Source: the human T2T-CHM13v2.0 reference genome, Homo sapiens | Assembly: GCF_009914755.1 (NCBI RefSeq) | Contig: NC_060927.1 | Reading direction: 5' to 3' (one strand) | Length of the DNA stretch: 64,000 nt | The notes under the pieces: generated by a model | Database searches by the model: none | What the model saw: the letters and a program-made list of their open reading frames with translations, nothing else | What the model was told of the DNA's origin: nothing | Part shown: positions 14,411 through 30,570 of the stretch, piece by piece | Position numbering within the stretch: position 1 is the stretch's first letter | How the letters are laid out: each line of letters starts with the position of its first letter | Made by a program: the position numbers and the translations under genes

Positions 14411-16296
14411 AGGTCTTTAAGGACCTTTAACAACAAGCTCTGTTCTCACTTATCTGTTCAAGGTGATTCGAGTACTATTAATATTTGCAGGCTGGAGATG
14501 GACAAGATGACCAACCTCTGAATGTCCCCTCCATCTTATAAGGACATTGTTAAAAATGACAACCTCCCTACTCGCCAAGAGACTTGACACTTCTTCCTTT
14601 TCCGCACTGAGACAGGACAATTTAAAGCCCAGAATAAAATAAATTAAAATAAAGTATCAAGCATGCACCTCTTTGAATGAAGATTTCTCGTAATAAACCT
14701 AGGCGGGACATCCTAATTATCTAAGGCCTGAAGATGTTCTTCGGTGTAACAATGACCTAAGATTTATTTATAGTTTTCCTGAGACTCATTAAACATTTCC
14801 TGCAATGAGACCACATCACTGAAATCATTTTATTGTGATAGACTGGCAGAGCACAAGGGGAAACAGTCCTCAAAGACAAAAGAACTGGTGGGTGTCTTTG
14901 TAGCAGAGGGCAGTGCATATTTTTTTAGTGAGGATGCAACCATTGTAGGTAAACAGCAGGAACTCTCTTCTGATGCTATATCCTGTCCTGTTTAACTCAT
15001 TAATTTAGGAGACCTCAGCCACTAGAGTAAAACACTAGCACTAGTAATTCGTTTGCGCCCCCATCCCAAAATCAATTTATTAAAATTATATTGCTAAAGA
15101 AAAAGAAAAACACATAAACTAGTTTACTTTGAACTAACATGGATTATGCATTAAATGGGCTACTAAGTCATCAATGAAATAAATTCTTTTGAAGTTATTG
15201 TGGCCCTACAGTTGTACATGAAGAGTCTTTCTATTTCCCTTTTTTAAAAAAAATGCCTTTTGTATCTCCTGCAGGTTTCCACATTTCTATTCCTATGGGC
15301 AGGAAGACTCATACAGCCAAATGTTTAGTCCTCATTATTAAAAAATATACAAACATTTCACCAGCAAGATCATTATTTCATAGTCTTTCATGTTTACACT
15401 GTAGGGGGTAAAATCAATAACTCAATGTGAACTCCGCACAAATTACCAACAGCTAAATGTAGATGATGACAGTGGATCTTAAATTACTCATAAACAAACT
15501 GAATGAGGAAAAGTATCCCAAAGAAATATTGTCAAATAGCCCTAACGATGGTTCATTTTCTAACTTCAGAAAAAATATTTCAATGGTGAATGTGAAATTA
15601 TGAGCCCATCTAAGTCATTAAGTAGGAGTGTCATAGGCTATATAAAATACCAGCTCGTACTTCTCCATACTCAGACAGGCCCTCCGATCTTCCCTGGACT
15701 GTGTCATCTGCATCTAAAACCCAGTAAGAAAGGAAAGGGAAATCGATTTGGGGAATAAAAGGACATTAGTAGTCATGGTATCAAGTCTCATGAGGGTTTG
15801 AGTCTAACAAGGTTTGGGGAGCAAAGCTGACATTCCTCATAGTATTTGAACATTAATAAGCACATTGTGGCCAGCTGATAAATGCTTGTTCATAATATTA
15901 CTAAGTTTCTGGATTGTTTTACAGTCCCTGGAGATCAAGGAAGAATAAAACAAGAAGGAAGAATCATTAAGTGACTAAAATGAAAAAAATCAAAGAAGAA
16001 TCTTGAAATATGAGTGTGGCAGAGGCTGCAAGTTGCCTAATTATTTTCATCCCTACCTCTTTAATCCTTAGAAACAGAATTTCTACATCACTGGCAAACA
16101 TGTGCCAGGAGCTAGGCTAGGCCGCCCTTTAAGAGGGAAAGCAGTGAAGCACTAGAATAACACCCAGGGGAGTGTTCTCCAAACCCTCCTACCTCTTATT
16201 CCAAGCAAAGCAGAGAGCGCTTAGGGAAAGCAATACTAGGAATGGCTGCTCAAAGAATTTACTCTGTATGCCACACTCTCACAAGAAATTAGGGGA

Positions 16297-16670
16297 TGTT
16301 TTAGTCCGTTCATGTTGCTATAACGAAATATCATAGACTGAGTCACTTATAAATAACAGAAATTTATTTCCCAGAGCTCTGGAGGCTGAAGTCTAAGATC
16401 AGGGTTCCAGCACAGTCAGATTCTGCTGAGGACCCTCTTCTGGGATATGGACTGCCATCTTCTCACTGTATCTTCACGTGGCAGAAAAGAAAGTGAGAAA
16501 GCTCTCTGGGGTCTGTTTTATAAGAGCACTAATCCCATTCATGAGGGCTCCACCCCTATGATCTAAATACCTCCCAAAGGTTCCAACAGTCCCACTTCCT
16601 TACACCATCACATTGAGGGTTATGATTTCAACATATAAATTTTGGGGAGATTCACATTCAGTCTATAACA
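16297..16670 (-). mobile_element. MaLR LTR (MLT1A/MSTD-like)
   Basis: ttagtccgttcatgttgctataac...cactaatcccattcatgagggctccaccc...cattcagtctataaca. Confidence 0.85.
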
Positions 16671-17012
16671 CGGGTCCCATTACTTTTCTACTGAGATTGT
16701 TTCCTCAGCTTTAGTATTGGTAACATTCTGAATTTTATGGAACTACTACAAGGAGTAAACAAAATAAATGTAACCAAAGTGCGTATCAGACTGCACAATC
16801 CAGAGGCAACCCACAAGGTATTAACCATGATTTAGTTTGTTCATAGCACGTTTCAGTGGAAGATCTCTCAACTCCTCACAAACCCCAAACCTTAAACCAT
16901 CCCGTCATATTCAATTAGGGAAACTCTAAGAGGTATTACAGTTTTCCTGGCAACTGACACCAGATGTCACCTCTTCCCTCCCCTGCTTCCACCCTCAAAA
17001 TTTGTAATTTCA

Positions 17013-17412
<400 letters not shown>

Positions 17413-17445
17413 TCACTAATACAAAACGGCATCAGATTGCTCCAA

Positions 17446-17651
17446 AGTAGGCTTCCTCAGCCTTGGTACTATTGACATTTGGCGCTAGTTATTGCTTCTG
17501 TGCACTGTAGGATGTTGAAGCAGTATCCCTGGCCTCTACCCTGTAGATGCAGTAGCACTCTCCCAGTTTTGACAACCAAAAATAAGTCTAGATTGTGAAC
17601 TGTCCCCTATGGGGACAACATCCCCACCCCCACCTCCCCTTAAGAACCACT
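17446..17651. mobile_element. MER20 (hAT-Charlie)
   Basis: ggtactattgacatttgg...gtatccctggcctctacc...gacaaccaaaaat...aagaaccactg. Confidence 0.82.
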
Positions 17652-17799
17652 GCTATTTGAACACCACTGAAATGAAAACCCCAACTTTAAAGTCTAAAGC
17701 TCTTGAGTTTGGCTTCTCTCATAAATGAAGAAAATAACATCCTCAGAAATAAGAACTGTTTCCCAATGGCTTTCAGGCATTAAAGGAAAAGTATTAACT

Positions 17800-18106
<307 letters not shown>

Positions 18107-18639
18107 TAGCTTTCTTAGAAAATGCCATTTTCCTTCCTGACCTGTGACCAGGAGCTTTACCACACAGCATGTTGCTATATGCACAGCACAGTCTGAGAGA
18201 AGTGTTACTTTAATGGCTAATATAATACCATTTGCAGAAAAAAAAAAAACACATACAAAACCACCAAAAGGAGAAATCCTGACATTAGTGAAATATTCAG
18301 TTGTAAACCAAAAGAATTCCTTACTGAGAGTGATTGGCTTTCACATGCTTTGCCCAGTAATGAGCAAATGATATCTGAAGACGTTTTATCTGTGCTCTGG
18401 AGAACTACTATCTTTTAGTAGCCTCAAACAGACAGTTGATCATTCTGGGATTTGGACATGATTTTCTTGGTCTCCCAGCCCCATTACCCGGGGGCCAGAA
18501 AAAACATTTGGCATGATCCCGACTCTAATATAAAAGGGTTGGCTCCCTTTTTGGTTTCTAACTACCACTGTTAAATATGAGGTCAAAGTTCTAATGATTA
18601 CTGTCACTTTCTGATTTTACAGTTAAGTATATCATACAG

Positions 18640-19288
<649 letters not shown>

Positions 19289-19312
19289 CTAGAAAAAAGA
19301 AAATCATCTCAG

Positions 19313-19605
19313 GGCCAGGCACAGTGGCTCACACCTGTAATCCCAGCACTTTGGGAGGCCAAGGTGGGCAGATCACGAGGTCAGGAGTTTGAGACCAGCC
19401 TGGCCAACATCGTGAAACCCTGTCTCTACTAAAAATACAAAAAATTAGCTGGGCGTGGTGGCAGGCGCCTGTAATCCCGGCTAGTCGGGAGGCTGAGGCA
19501 GGAGAATCGCTTGAACCCGGGAGGCGGAGCTTGCAGTGAGCCAAGATCATCACTGCACTCCAGCCCAGGTGACAGTGCGAGACTCCATCTCAAAAAAAAA
19601 AAAAA
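19313..19605 (+). mobile_element. Alu (AluSg-like)
   Basis: gatcacgaggtcaggagtttgagacc; full dimer. Confidence 0.92.
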
Positions 19606-19646
19606 CTTCTCAGGAAACAATACCCTACTATATGTGATGCACTAAT

Positions 19647-19696
19647 TGTGTGTGTGATTGTGTGTGTGTGTGTGTATATATATATGTGTGTATATA
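19647..19696 (+). repeat. (TG)n/(TA)n microsatellite
   Basis: Seen directly. Confidence 0.9.
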
Positions 19697-20252
19697 GATT
19701 CTGGTTTGTAATCCACAGTACAGATTTCACTACAGTCACTAATCTTGTCCTACAATTTGAAAAACACTGCTTTAGATGAGTATTCCAAGAAGAATATTCT
19801 GTAGAGAAGCAGTATCACAACATATTAAAGAGTTTCATGTTCAAGAAAGTTTGAGAAAGCCTTACTTTGTACACCTTAACAACAGTACAAGTCATTAGAT
19901 ATCCTGCAATTAAGAAATATATTCATTCTACAGAACTCAAAACTTATTTGTGAACTGGGCATTGTTTTCCTCCACTGTGACAGGGCAGCATCATATAGCT
20001 TGTGGGCCAATTTTCATATTTCTCAAATGAAAAAAGTTGAGTTCCAGGAAAAAAACATTCTTTCTGACTGAATCTAAAAGTGCCTAACTCTGTGCCTAAC
20101 TCAAGTAGCTGTTTAAGAATCCTGGTTCAACTCCATTAAGCAGTTTTGCCATTTCTTAGTAAAATTTAATAAAAAGTGACCCTGGATTATTTTTCCCTTA
20201 AAAGGGAATGTTACTTGTTAAGCAGGCAAGATAGCAGAAATTGAAAGTGCTC

Positions 20253-20550
20253 AGCTAGGTGCAATGGCTCAGGCCTGTAATCCCAGCCCTTTGGAAGGCA
20301 GAGGCAGGACAGCTTGAGCCCAGGAGTTCAAGACCAGCCTGGGCAACATAGCGAGACTCTATCTCTACAAAAAATAAAAATAAAAAAATGAGATGGATGT
20401 GGGGTACGTGCCTGTAGTCCTAGCTGCTCGAGAGGCTGAGGTTGGAGGATAGTTTGAGCCCAGGAAGTTGAAGATGCAGTAAGACATGCTCATAGCACTG
20501 CACTCCAGCCTGGGCAACAGAGCAAGACCCTATCTCAAGGGAAAAAAAAA
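20253..20550 (+). mobile_element. AluJ
   Basis: Full dimer; TSD aaagtgct. Confidence 0.9.
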
Positions 20551-21089
20551 TAAAGTGCTATTTAAATGCTAATAGCTTTCCAATGCCTTTTTTTGAGAAA
20601 AAGAACTAAGGAAAGGAAGAGCAAAAGAGAGAAAGAACAGAAGGAAGGAAAAGGAAGGGACGGAGGGAGGGAGCCATGAAGGGAGTCCTTTGGATATTAG
20701 ATCTCCTGTGTGCAAGAAACTTCTAGAAGTATGACCAGCTCACCAAGGAAATAGCTAAAAAATAAAACAAAGATATATGTCTAAATTTCATACTCTTTGC
20801 AGCATTACAGAATAAGGGAAGATAGTTGGGGTAGAGAGGTGGATAACCCAACAATAGGGAAATGGTTAGGTAATAAAGAGAGTGTCAATTTTGTCCGACA
20901 GCATTAAAATATAACAACCAGGCAAATATTCATTATGTAATATTAGCATTCATTCATTATATTGAGGATATCCATTACATAATATTGCTGTGATGGGGCA
21001 TGAAATAGAGGACGGGAACCAAATTCATCCATCACGTTACAACATATATGAAAAGCAACAAGGAAATTGGAAACAAGTGGTGTGTCCGT

Positions 21090-21420
21090 AGGGCAAGAGT
21101 GCTCAAATCTGGGAGCACCAATGGATCTGGTGGGGAAGCCCTTTTTAAAATGCAGAGTCTGTGGGCTCTCTCCCAAACATCCTGATTTTGAAGGGCCAGG
21201 GTGGACTCAAGAAACTGCATTTGGTTTTTTTGTTGTTGTTTTTAACTTTTACTTTAGGTTCAGGGATACATGTGCAGGTTTGTTATATGGATAAACTCGT
21301 GTCATGAGGGTTTGATGTACAGATTATTTCATCACCCAGGTACTAAACTTAGTACCCAATAGTTATTTTGTAATGACCACCTAGGAGATTCTGAGGCTGA
21401 TGATCTGGGGACCACACATT
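21090..21420. mobile_element. MER5-type DNA transposon interrupted by an L1P 3'-end fragment (21223-21370, minus strand)
   Basis: ttaaaatgcagagtctgtgggc...aagaaactgcattt; L1 tail ttaggttcagggatacatgtgcaggtttgttatatgg. Confidence 0.65.
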
Positions 21421-21456
21421 CATTTCATGAAAACTTAATGGGTATGTAGTATCTGC

Positions 21457-21882
21457 TGTGAAAGCAAACTAAGTATAGCCTGAGAAGGACTCTGTACTTT
21501 TATATTTGAGTCCTTGTGGACCAACCTTGTCTAATAGGTAGACAAGGGTGAAAAACTAATTTAGGAGTATGCAGCTGTAACAATAGCTGAGTCTTGGCCA
21601 ATCCCAGTAGCCATGCTTCAACCAGTCATACACTGCTGAGTGTTCAACTCTTTTCCAAATAAGGCAAATGCCAAGGTGTAACCCATCCAGCTATTTCTGT
21701 ATCTCACTTCCGATTTCTGTATGTCATTTCTCTTTTCTTGCCTATAAATTTATTCTGACCACAGGGCATCCCTGGAGTCTCTGTGAATCTGCTGTGATTC
21801 TGGGGACTACCCAATTCGTGAATCATTCGTTGCTCACTTCAACTTCTTTAAATTTAATTTGGCTGAAGTTGTTCTTCTAACA
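21457..21882 (+). mobile_element. MER57A-type (ERV1) solo LTR
   Basis: TG...CA ends; perfect 4-bp TSD CTGC (21453-21456 and 21883-21886); gcctgagaaggactc, ttggccaatcccag. Confidence 0.88.
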
Positions 21883-23634
21883 CTGCCAATCCCTGTTCTA
21901 GGTGCTAGAGACAGAGCAGTGGCTAAAGGCACACTTGAGAGGCAAGCAATAAAGTGGTAATCATTCTTTTAAAAATCTTTAGTATTAAAATAGTATTTAT
22001 TAAATAAATTCCCTGAAAAAAAATCAAGAGCCAACATTTTCCTGCTCTCTAATTTATGTTTTACTTAAGAGGAAATGCACCTTAGAAAGCTCTCTGGGCC
22101 TGGCCCTAGGGTCCGCCTACAGCATGGACACTGGAAGGGGGTGGCCACCGAGGGTATCTGTCCAAGTGAGGTCCTGGCACTTCCTGCCATTCCTGCATGC
22201 CCTCCCAGGGCACTAAGGGTGATGACTGGGAATTAGAAAGGGTGGTGATGAAGAAGGAATAAAAAATGTGTTACTTCAACTCACAAGAAACACAAGTTAA
22301 AGAACTTTCGGGAACTACAAGTCCTCGTCAGCGTCTTGTGGGCTATTGACGCTGACCTCCCAACTTGGTGCCAGTTAGAATTTCCTCCCTGCCTTTTCTG
22401 CATTTCATCATTTATTTCCTGGTTTGGAATATTAAAACTTTGCTTACATCCTGTTTTGGTCCCTTTGGTTTTTTTTTCCGTTGGGCAGAAATTTCAGCAA
22501 CCTCCTCCAGGTTAGAGAAAAGCAGAGCCAAGGGTGGCAATGACTTTCAGCATGGACGAGAACAGCCACCAAGAGGGGAGAGCTCAAACCTATTTGTCTT
22601 GGCAATGGCATTCAGTGAGCTGCTGGTTATGTCATCTGCCTACAAGTAGGCCTCACTGTTTTGCAGTCATCCATTTCCCAATAATGGTATCCTGACACCA
22701 CACACGCACACCCAGATCTGGCAGCGCACCCACCAGCCTGCGCTGACTCCAGAAGAGGTAGGGCCAGGGACAAGAAAACGAAAAACAATCCACATGAAAC
22801 AGATCACTTAAGAATGTTAAATATTAAAAATGCTGTTTTCACCTGCAGAGTAAGAAAATATAGGAAAAAGTGGATAGCTGGAGAATTTTATGCAGCTAAT
22901 GAGTTTATACAGTTTAAAAGCACACTTTTGAACTAAAATCTAAAGTGACAAAATCATGAAAGCTAAGCAGTATGCAAAACTCTACAACTGAAGTGTTTCA
23001 CCTCAGTATTTTATATGAATTAATTTCAATTTACAGCTAAATGTCAAGGCAAATTTGTTTCTTTTCTATCTTGTGTTATGTTTGGTACCCTAAGGCTTTT
23101 AGACACTGAATAACTTATAAACAAATAACATCTCATCCTCATTGTTATGTAAAATAACTCCCGAGCTTGTGTTTCCTGTAGTTCTTCAAGGAAAGAGGAT
23201 CCTAATGTTGAAAGAAAATTGTATTGGTAAGCCATAGCAAATGGTTCCTAAAAGCAGACTAACAAAATGCTAAGATAATAGGCCCCTATCATTTTATATT
23301 TATGGTTTTATCTATAGTAATTCTGGGATTAGAATTTGTAATACCCCAAACAGCATATGTAAGGTATAAATATCTCCTAAATATATTTAAAACCTGGAAA
23401 AATTATACAATCAACCTAAAATGGAGGAACACAAAGAATAATACAACATGTCTCTAAATTCTGACATAAATTTAAGGGATGAAAACTCCTATATTTATAT
23501 TTTTAAATCATCAAATGAATACACTGAGATAAGCTATAATAAAATTATTATGCTCAATTTACACTAATTATAAATTGTACGTTTCTGATTAACTGTTGAG
23601 GCTTTCAAGTGAAAGCTTTAATCAGCAATATCAG

Positions 23635-24263
<629 letters not shown>

Positions 24264-25809
24264 GGCAGTATCTTTTTAAAAATAATTGCTGCTAGCAGCA
24301 ATGGACACTCTGCCCTGGAATATTATAAGATATATCTCCAGCCTTCCTAAATGACTCCCTTGTTTCATAAAACCCCAAATTTTCTGCCTTTTCTTTGAGA
24401 CTTTCTTCATTAATGAAAGTTCTCTTTATTGCAATAGCCTAAATAAAAAACCCAATACATGTGCCCTTTTATTATACTAAAACCCAAATGGTTCAAGTAG
24501 AGCTTATGGTAACTTTTAAATGAGATTAAAAATCACTTGGCCGGCCTCATGAAATTACAGTTTGAGTTAGGCCCAGAAGCCTGAAAATTTTGGAAAGTTC
24601 AGTAGGGTTAACCCAAAAAACATCTAAATCCAGGTTTAAATTTGGGAAATCTTTTCTTTAAAAGAGAAGGACACAATTCAAACTGGCTCAACTTATTCAA
24701 CATACTTATAAAACAAATCACTAAGTCTCAAATGAGTACATCTATCTTTGACCCACAGACTTAAAAAGCTATATATGCCAAGAAATAATATTTAAGCAAC
24801 TGTTAAAATCTGTTAGGATTTTAGAATCGTAAAATCCTTTGGCAGTCAACCCATTCTACAGGGCACGAAGACGATGCTGCAGATACCTATCCATGAATTA
24901 TGCAGTTCAATTTTATGTCCCTAAGCCAAACAACTGAATTGAATTCTCCACAGTCTCTTCCAACTGCCCAGTAACCAGCCTAAGAAAGGTGACAAGAGCA
25001 AAGCAAATGCAGCACAGAGAAAAAGACAGGCAAAGATGGCAGCTGTCATTTCTTCACATTGTGCTGTCAGACACTCTATATTCCTCAAAGCATTTGTCAC
25101 CTCCGGAGCACACTTCCATTGCTGCCAACATGACATTTGGCTATAAATTTTTATTCACTCCACTTATTAAAATGCAAGGCCCTTGGTCCAGAGCACGTGT
25201 CATATCAGAAACCTTCCCATCACCTGCATAATAAACCTGTGCAAGCTGTGTCCAACATTTGTGTCCCTATATTCTAGAATAATGCTTAACACAGAGTAAC
25301 CACCCACTAAACATTGTTGGACGAGGTGTTAAAGGTCAATTGCTATTTCTGTTGTTATTACTACTAGCTGGCTGGAAATTGCTAAGTTCCTGTTAGGTGC
25401 AGACTTAAGAAAACAAAACAGAATTCACTGACAAATGTTATCTTCTGTCTCAATCGTCATTTAGACTTGACCAAGTTTACTGCTTCATTTTACCAAGACT
25501 ACAATCCCTCAAAAGAAGGAAATGTACTTTTTATTGTTGGTCACAAGCCCTAGCACAGTATAATATTCAACATGTCCAGCATTCAGCTGAAGTATGAGAC
25601 ATGCCTCCAAGTTTCTAAGGCTGAAAAGAGTTCAACTTTCTCTCCAAAGTGCTAAGATATACCACAAGTGCTACATGGGGAGAGTCTACTTACTGGTAGG
25701 ATCTAAACTTAAACCTCCACATCTATCTAAATTCCCAAGTTTTTAAACTTTCCTATCTAGGGAAAAAAGTTTCTTTTACTTTTATATCTTGGCTCCAGTT
25801 TTATATTTA

Positions 25810-26113
<304 letters not shown>

Positions 26114-26865
26114 CCAGAACTAGCAATATTACTGTTTTTTTTTTTTTTTACTTTACAGCTTGTCAATTTTAATCAAAAGAAACGAAAAGCCACATTCAGT
26201 ATTAAAGTTAAACAAGTTAGGAGATGAAAGTAGACTAGACCACCCAAGTGGGTAACTTAGCACTGGCTGAAATTACCTAGCTTTAGTTCAGAGACCACTC
26301 CTGAAAAGGAAAAGACATTTCTAACAACTTTAGCCAAAGATCTGGGTTCTTTGAAGCCTCAAAGAACCCTCCTGGTAAGGGTACTCTGCATAGATCTGCA
26401 TATTCTCCCATGGCCCCAAAAGACTAAAAGCCCAGGCTTGTACCCCGCCCTCGCTGTTGAAGGATCCTCAGAGAAAGTATGTTGAGAATCCATGAAAAAC
26501 TAATTTAAAAGATTAAAATGTGCCCTGCAGCTCACCCTCTCTAGAAAACACTACAGGAGAAAAACAAACAAAGAATATAAGCAAAGTACTAAAAATCCCT
26601 ATGTAAATTAAACTCTGTTGTTATACCAAAGATTGCTCAAAGGAAAAAAAATTATCATCTTTCCAAGAATTTGTAAATCCCTCTTCAACTGGTTGGAACG
26701 GAAATTACAAAATGCTACCCCCCACTGGTCGGCAAAAGCCACCACTTAAATGGAAAAGCTTCCCTTGAATCAAATGAAGTCCCAGACAGAGGTATGCACT
26801 GTGTGCTGTCACTACCAACATGAGGACCTACTCAGGGACAGATAGAGTGCAGGGATACCTCAGGG

Positions 26866-27152
26866 CAGGGGTGTCCATTCTTTTGGCTTCCCTGGGCCAC
26901 ATTAAAAGAATTGTCTTGGACCGCACATAAAATACACTAGGAACAATGATAGTTGGTGAGAAGAAAGAGAAGGAAGGAAGGAAGGAAGGAAGGAAGGAAG
27001 GAAGGAAGGAAGGAAGGAAGGAAAGGAGGGAGGGAGGGAGGAAGGTGGGAGGGAAAGAAAAGAAAAGAGAGAGGGAAAGAGAGAGAATCTCATAATGTTT
27101 TAAGAAAGTTCATGAATGTATGAATTTATGTTGGGCCGCATTCAAAGCATCC
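26866..27152 (+). mobile_element. MER30 (hAT) with an internal (GAAG)n expansion
   Basis: caggggtgtccattcttttggcttccctgggccacatt...tgttgggccgcattcaaagc. Confidence 0.85.
26961..27086 (+). repeat. (GAAG)n/(GGGA)n purine microsatellite
   Basis: Seen directly. Confidence 0.95.
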
Positions 27153-27205
27153 ATTCAATCACTGTTTTCTCCTCCCAGAGAATTCTGCATGTAGTCAGGC
27201 TCTGG

Positions 27206-27690
27206 AGCTGCATGGTCCAATATGGTAACCCCCAGCAGACCCTGAGGACTTGTCATATACCTCACATGGCTGAAGAATTGAATTTCTCGTTTTATTTCAT
27301 CTTCAATGATTCAAATTGAAAATACTCAATGCTGTTAGTGGAAAACATTTCATTGTGTTTGGAACCACCTGAATCTACTTTTTCAGTGAAATTTTGTTAA
27401 ACGTAAAAACAGATCAAATGTTTCCAATGAAACTGTTGCATCGAAATGGAGATATACTCTGAAGTATAAATTACGCATCTGATTCAAAGACAGTATGAAA
27501 AACACGTCAAATATCTCACAAGTAACTTTTATTATTGACTACCTGTTGAAATATTATTTTAAATATATCTAATTGAATAAAATGTATTATTAAAATTAAT
27601 TTCACTTCTTTTTTACTCTTTTTAAAGTAGCTACCAGACAATTTTAAATTACAAGTGGTTCGCATTATATTTCTATTGGACAGAACAGCT
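27206..27690. mobile_element. Charlie1/MER33-family DNA transposon
   Basis: gtccaatatggtaacc...cattatatttctattggacag termini. Confidence 0.7.
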
Positions 27691-27721
27691 CTAGAGATTC
27701 CAATCAGCTTAAGCCTTCAAC

Positions 27722-28192
27722 TTTAAAACTCCTTAATCATTTTTACGCATGGAGTTCTTTGGCAGTCTGGTGATGACTATTATTACCTCAGAATAATGTT
27801 TATAAATGAATAAAATATGTAAGAGTCCAAAGGAACCTAATTATACTGAACTGTAGTGAGCAAAATATTCTTAAATAATCATGCTTTTTCTTAAGGCACT
27901 GAAGAACAATAAATAAATAATGGTGAATCTATTAGCTACTGTAGTGATAAGAGTAAATGAGATTGCAATGTGATATTAAAATATCTGAGATTCCTACTGA
28001 CGACAAAGTCATAAGTATTGCTTCTGTCACTGTGGTTTGTTGCCTACATTCATAATTCAAGGAAATGCTCAAATTCAGTTAGGGGTTAGTGAAAGTGTAG
28101 ATAGATAACTCTTAGCCCACCCAAATTTGCAGATCCCCTATTTCTCTGACAGACTTTTTGGGGACCCGTGGATTCCAAGGTTAAGAATGCTG
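27722..28192. mobile_element. MER119-like hAT element
   Basis: ctttggcagtctggtga...ctcagaataatgttt...ggttaagaa. Confidence 0.6.
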
Positions 28193-28517
28193 TTTTAATG
28201 CCTGATGAATCTGTGTGTCTGTTTGTCAAAGATGACCCCCATCCTTAGGATGTAATTTTGCCTTGGCTCATTCCTGTCAATTTGGTGTTCATGACTCATA
28301 ATTCCTGTTTTTGACCACAACTAAACCAATATTAGAAGGAAGTGCTTGCACTTGTTTTTTTCCGATACTTTTGCTCTGCAAAGGGAACAGGAAGAACAGC
28401 AAGGAGTGTATATTTAAAAGAAAAGAGCACCTTAACTACGTACCAAAACACAATTCTTTTGATCTAATGATTAATTTGTGTGTGTTAGAATATTTACCAA
28501 CCAGAAAGACCACATAA

Positions 28518-28846
<329 letters not shown>

Positions 28847-28899
28847 TCATATAATTAACTGTACAAAGTATTTCCTGTTGTTTGTCTTGACAAACACTT

Positions 28900-29080
28900 T
28901 CATAACACTTACCATGTGCAGATACTGTTCTAAGGACTACAAATACTAACTCTGCAATCCCTAATACAACCTATGAGTCAAGTACTATTATTATCCCCCT
29001 TTTACAGATGAGACAACTGAGGCTCAGGGAAAGGTTAAGTAATTTGCCCAAGGTCACAGAATTGGAATTCCAACAGAGAG
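28900..29080 (-). mobile_element. MIR
   Basis: attattatccccctttacagatgagacaactgaggctcag...ttgcccaaggtcacag. Confidence 0.82.
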
Positions 29081-30424
29081 CAGCTGCCTATGGTGTTCTC
29101 AAAGGGAGGGCAATGCCAAACGAAAACAAGCAACAAGACTCTACTCATTGCAAGTGAGCAAAGGTTCTGATCAAATCTTCATTCTTGCTTCCAAATCACT
29201 TGCTGAAAAATTAAAACTAGATAAGTAAGGACAGCTGCCTTTATACCTTCTGGCCTATTCACAGGCAGATTTCCAGACGAAACCAAAGGCCTTCATGAGG
29301 AAAAACAAAGCTCCTCAGTCTCAGGGCAGCTAATGCTGGGCCTGGCATTTTTTCCACTCTTATCTAAAATATGCTACAGGAGAATCTAGGCCCAGTGATA
29401 AGCCAGGTTTCAACTTCACCTCCCCAGCCTGAGAGCGATTACACACATACTTGGGATTTAACCAGCAAGAGAAGGACACGGAAACCTGGGTCCCTCCGAG
29501 CCCAGTTTCTGTTGACACTGTTGCCAGGGCTGAGCCAATTGCACCAGTGTCAAGAGCTCCACAGGGAGGTTTCAGCAGGGAAACCAGCCCTACAGGTGTA
29601 TCCAGGGAGGCAGGTGTACAAGGCCACATTCTTTCCTCCACTGAACAAATCAAGGTTTGTCTCCCTGCTGTGCGGGGCTCACAGGGCCAGATAAATCTCT
29701 CTCAGACAACAACCTCAGCACAGAAACAGTGTAGCTTGCTGCCACTCTGTAGCACCGAAAGTAAAATGCCAACCACTGAAAGAGAGAAGCAGATAATGTT
29801 ACAATAACATTTATCTAGAAAGGCAATGTTCGTTAGGTAAAATTTAACTATGGCAAAAATCTTTAGGACAGATAGACTCAATAAATGTTTGTGGAACTGA
29901 AAACCTAGTGCTACCTTTTAAAAGGTTTCTTGGACTAATTTAAAAGCTTCATTTGGCTGTGTGAACTGGCATTCCCTTTCTAAAATGATAGAGTCCCAGT
30001 GGTAGCTATAATGTTAAATAAAATGACTTCATTTCCTCCAGAGGAATATTTTTACCCCAACCCCCCATACTCCGGCACTCAACTACTCAAGACTCCAACA
30101 TCAGGGGGCAAAAAGTCAGGCCTATTAGGCCTGGATCGTTCTCAGATTAACAACCTTGGGGGAATAATCCTATAAGAAAATATTTTCAAGATTTTGGGTA
30201 ATAACATTTTTGGGCCAGATGAAATTTGTTAGAGTTTGCACTTCTGTTTCTAAAAACCTCTGAAGCCATTTGTTTCCCACAGTTTTTTTCAGAAGCTATT
30301 TTGTGGGAAAGAAAGCCAGGGCCTAGGCAGCAGGCCAGCTAGAACGGGGTTGCTCTGAAAGAAAGCCAGCCCCGGCAAGCAGGAGCGACATGGGCAGCGC
30401 TTGCCAAGGTGGTTAATTTTTTAC

Positions 30425-30570
30425 CTGGGTAGAGCCATAGGCACTGACATAGAAAATGTCTGTGACACGGCGGATCCGGAAACAGGCAAGATGCACAGGC
30501 AGTGGAGTGTCTGACCCCAGGTTTGTTGCTACAAATTACAAAGGAAGTTATGCCAAACTGAAATAGTTAT
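30425..30570 (-). other. Candidate cassette exon (146 nt)
   Basis: Branch gcctgac, tract cccctcctccttctctctgtag|A, donor CAG|GTAAAA. Confidence 0.3.

Noticed and set aside
28905-28915. Strong minus-strand donors inside repeats (also about 59845 and 63505)
   Set aside because: They lie within MIR or MER96B and have no matching acceptor, which illustrates the chance background for splice motifs.
29360-29807. Overlapping 97-118 aa ORFs in unique DNA
   Set aside because: No recognisable domain, no paired splice sites, and open on both strands as expected by chance in a GC-richer patch.
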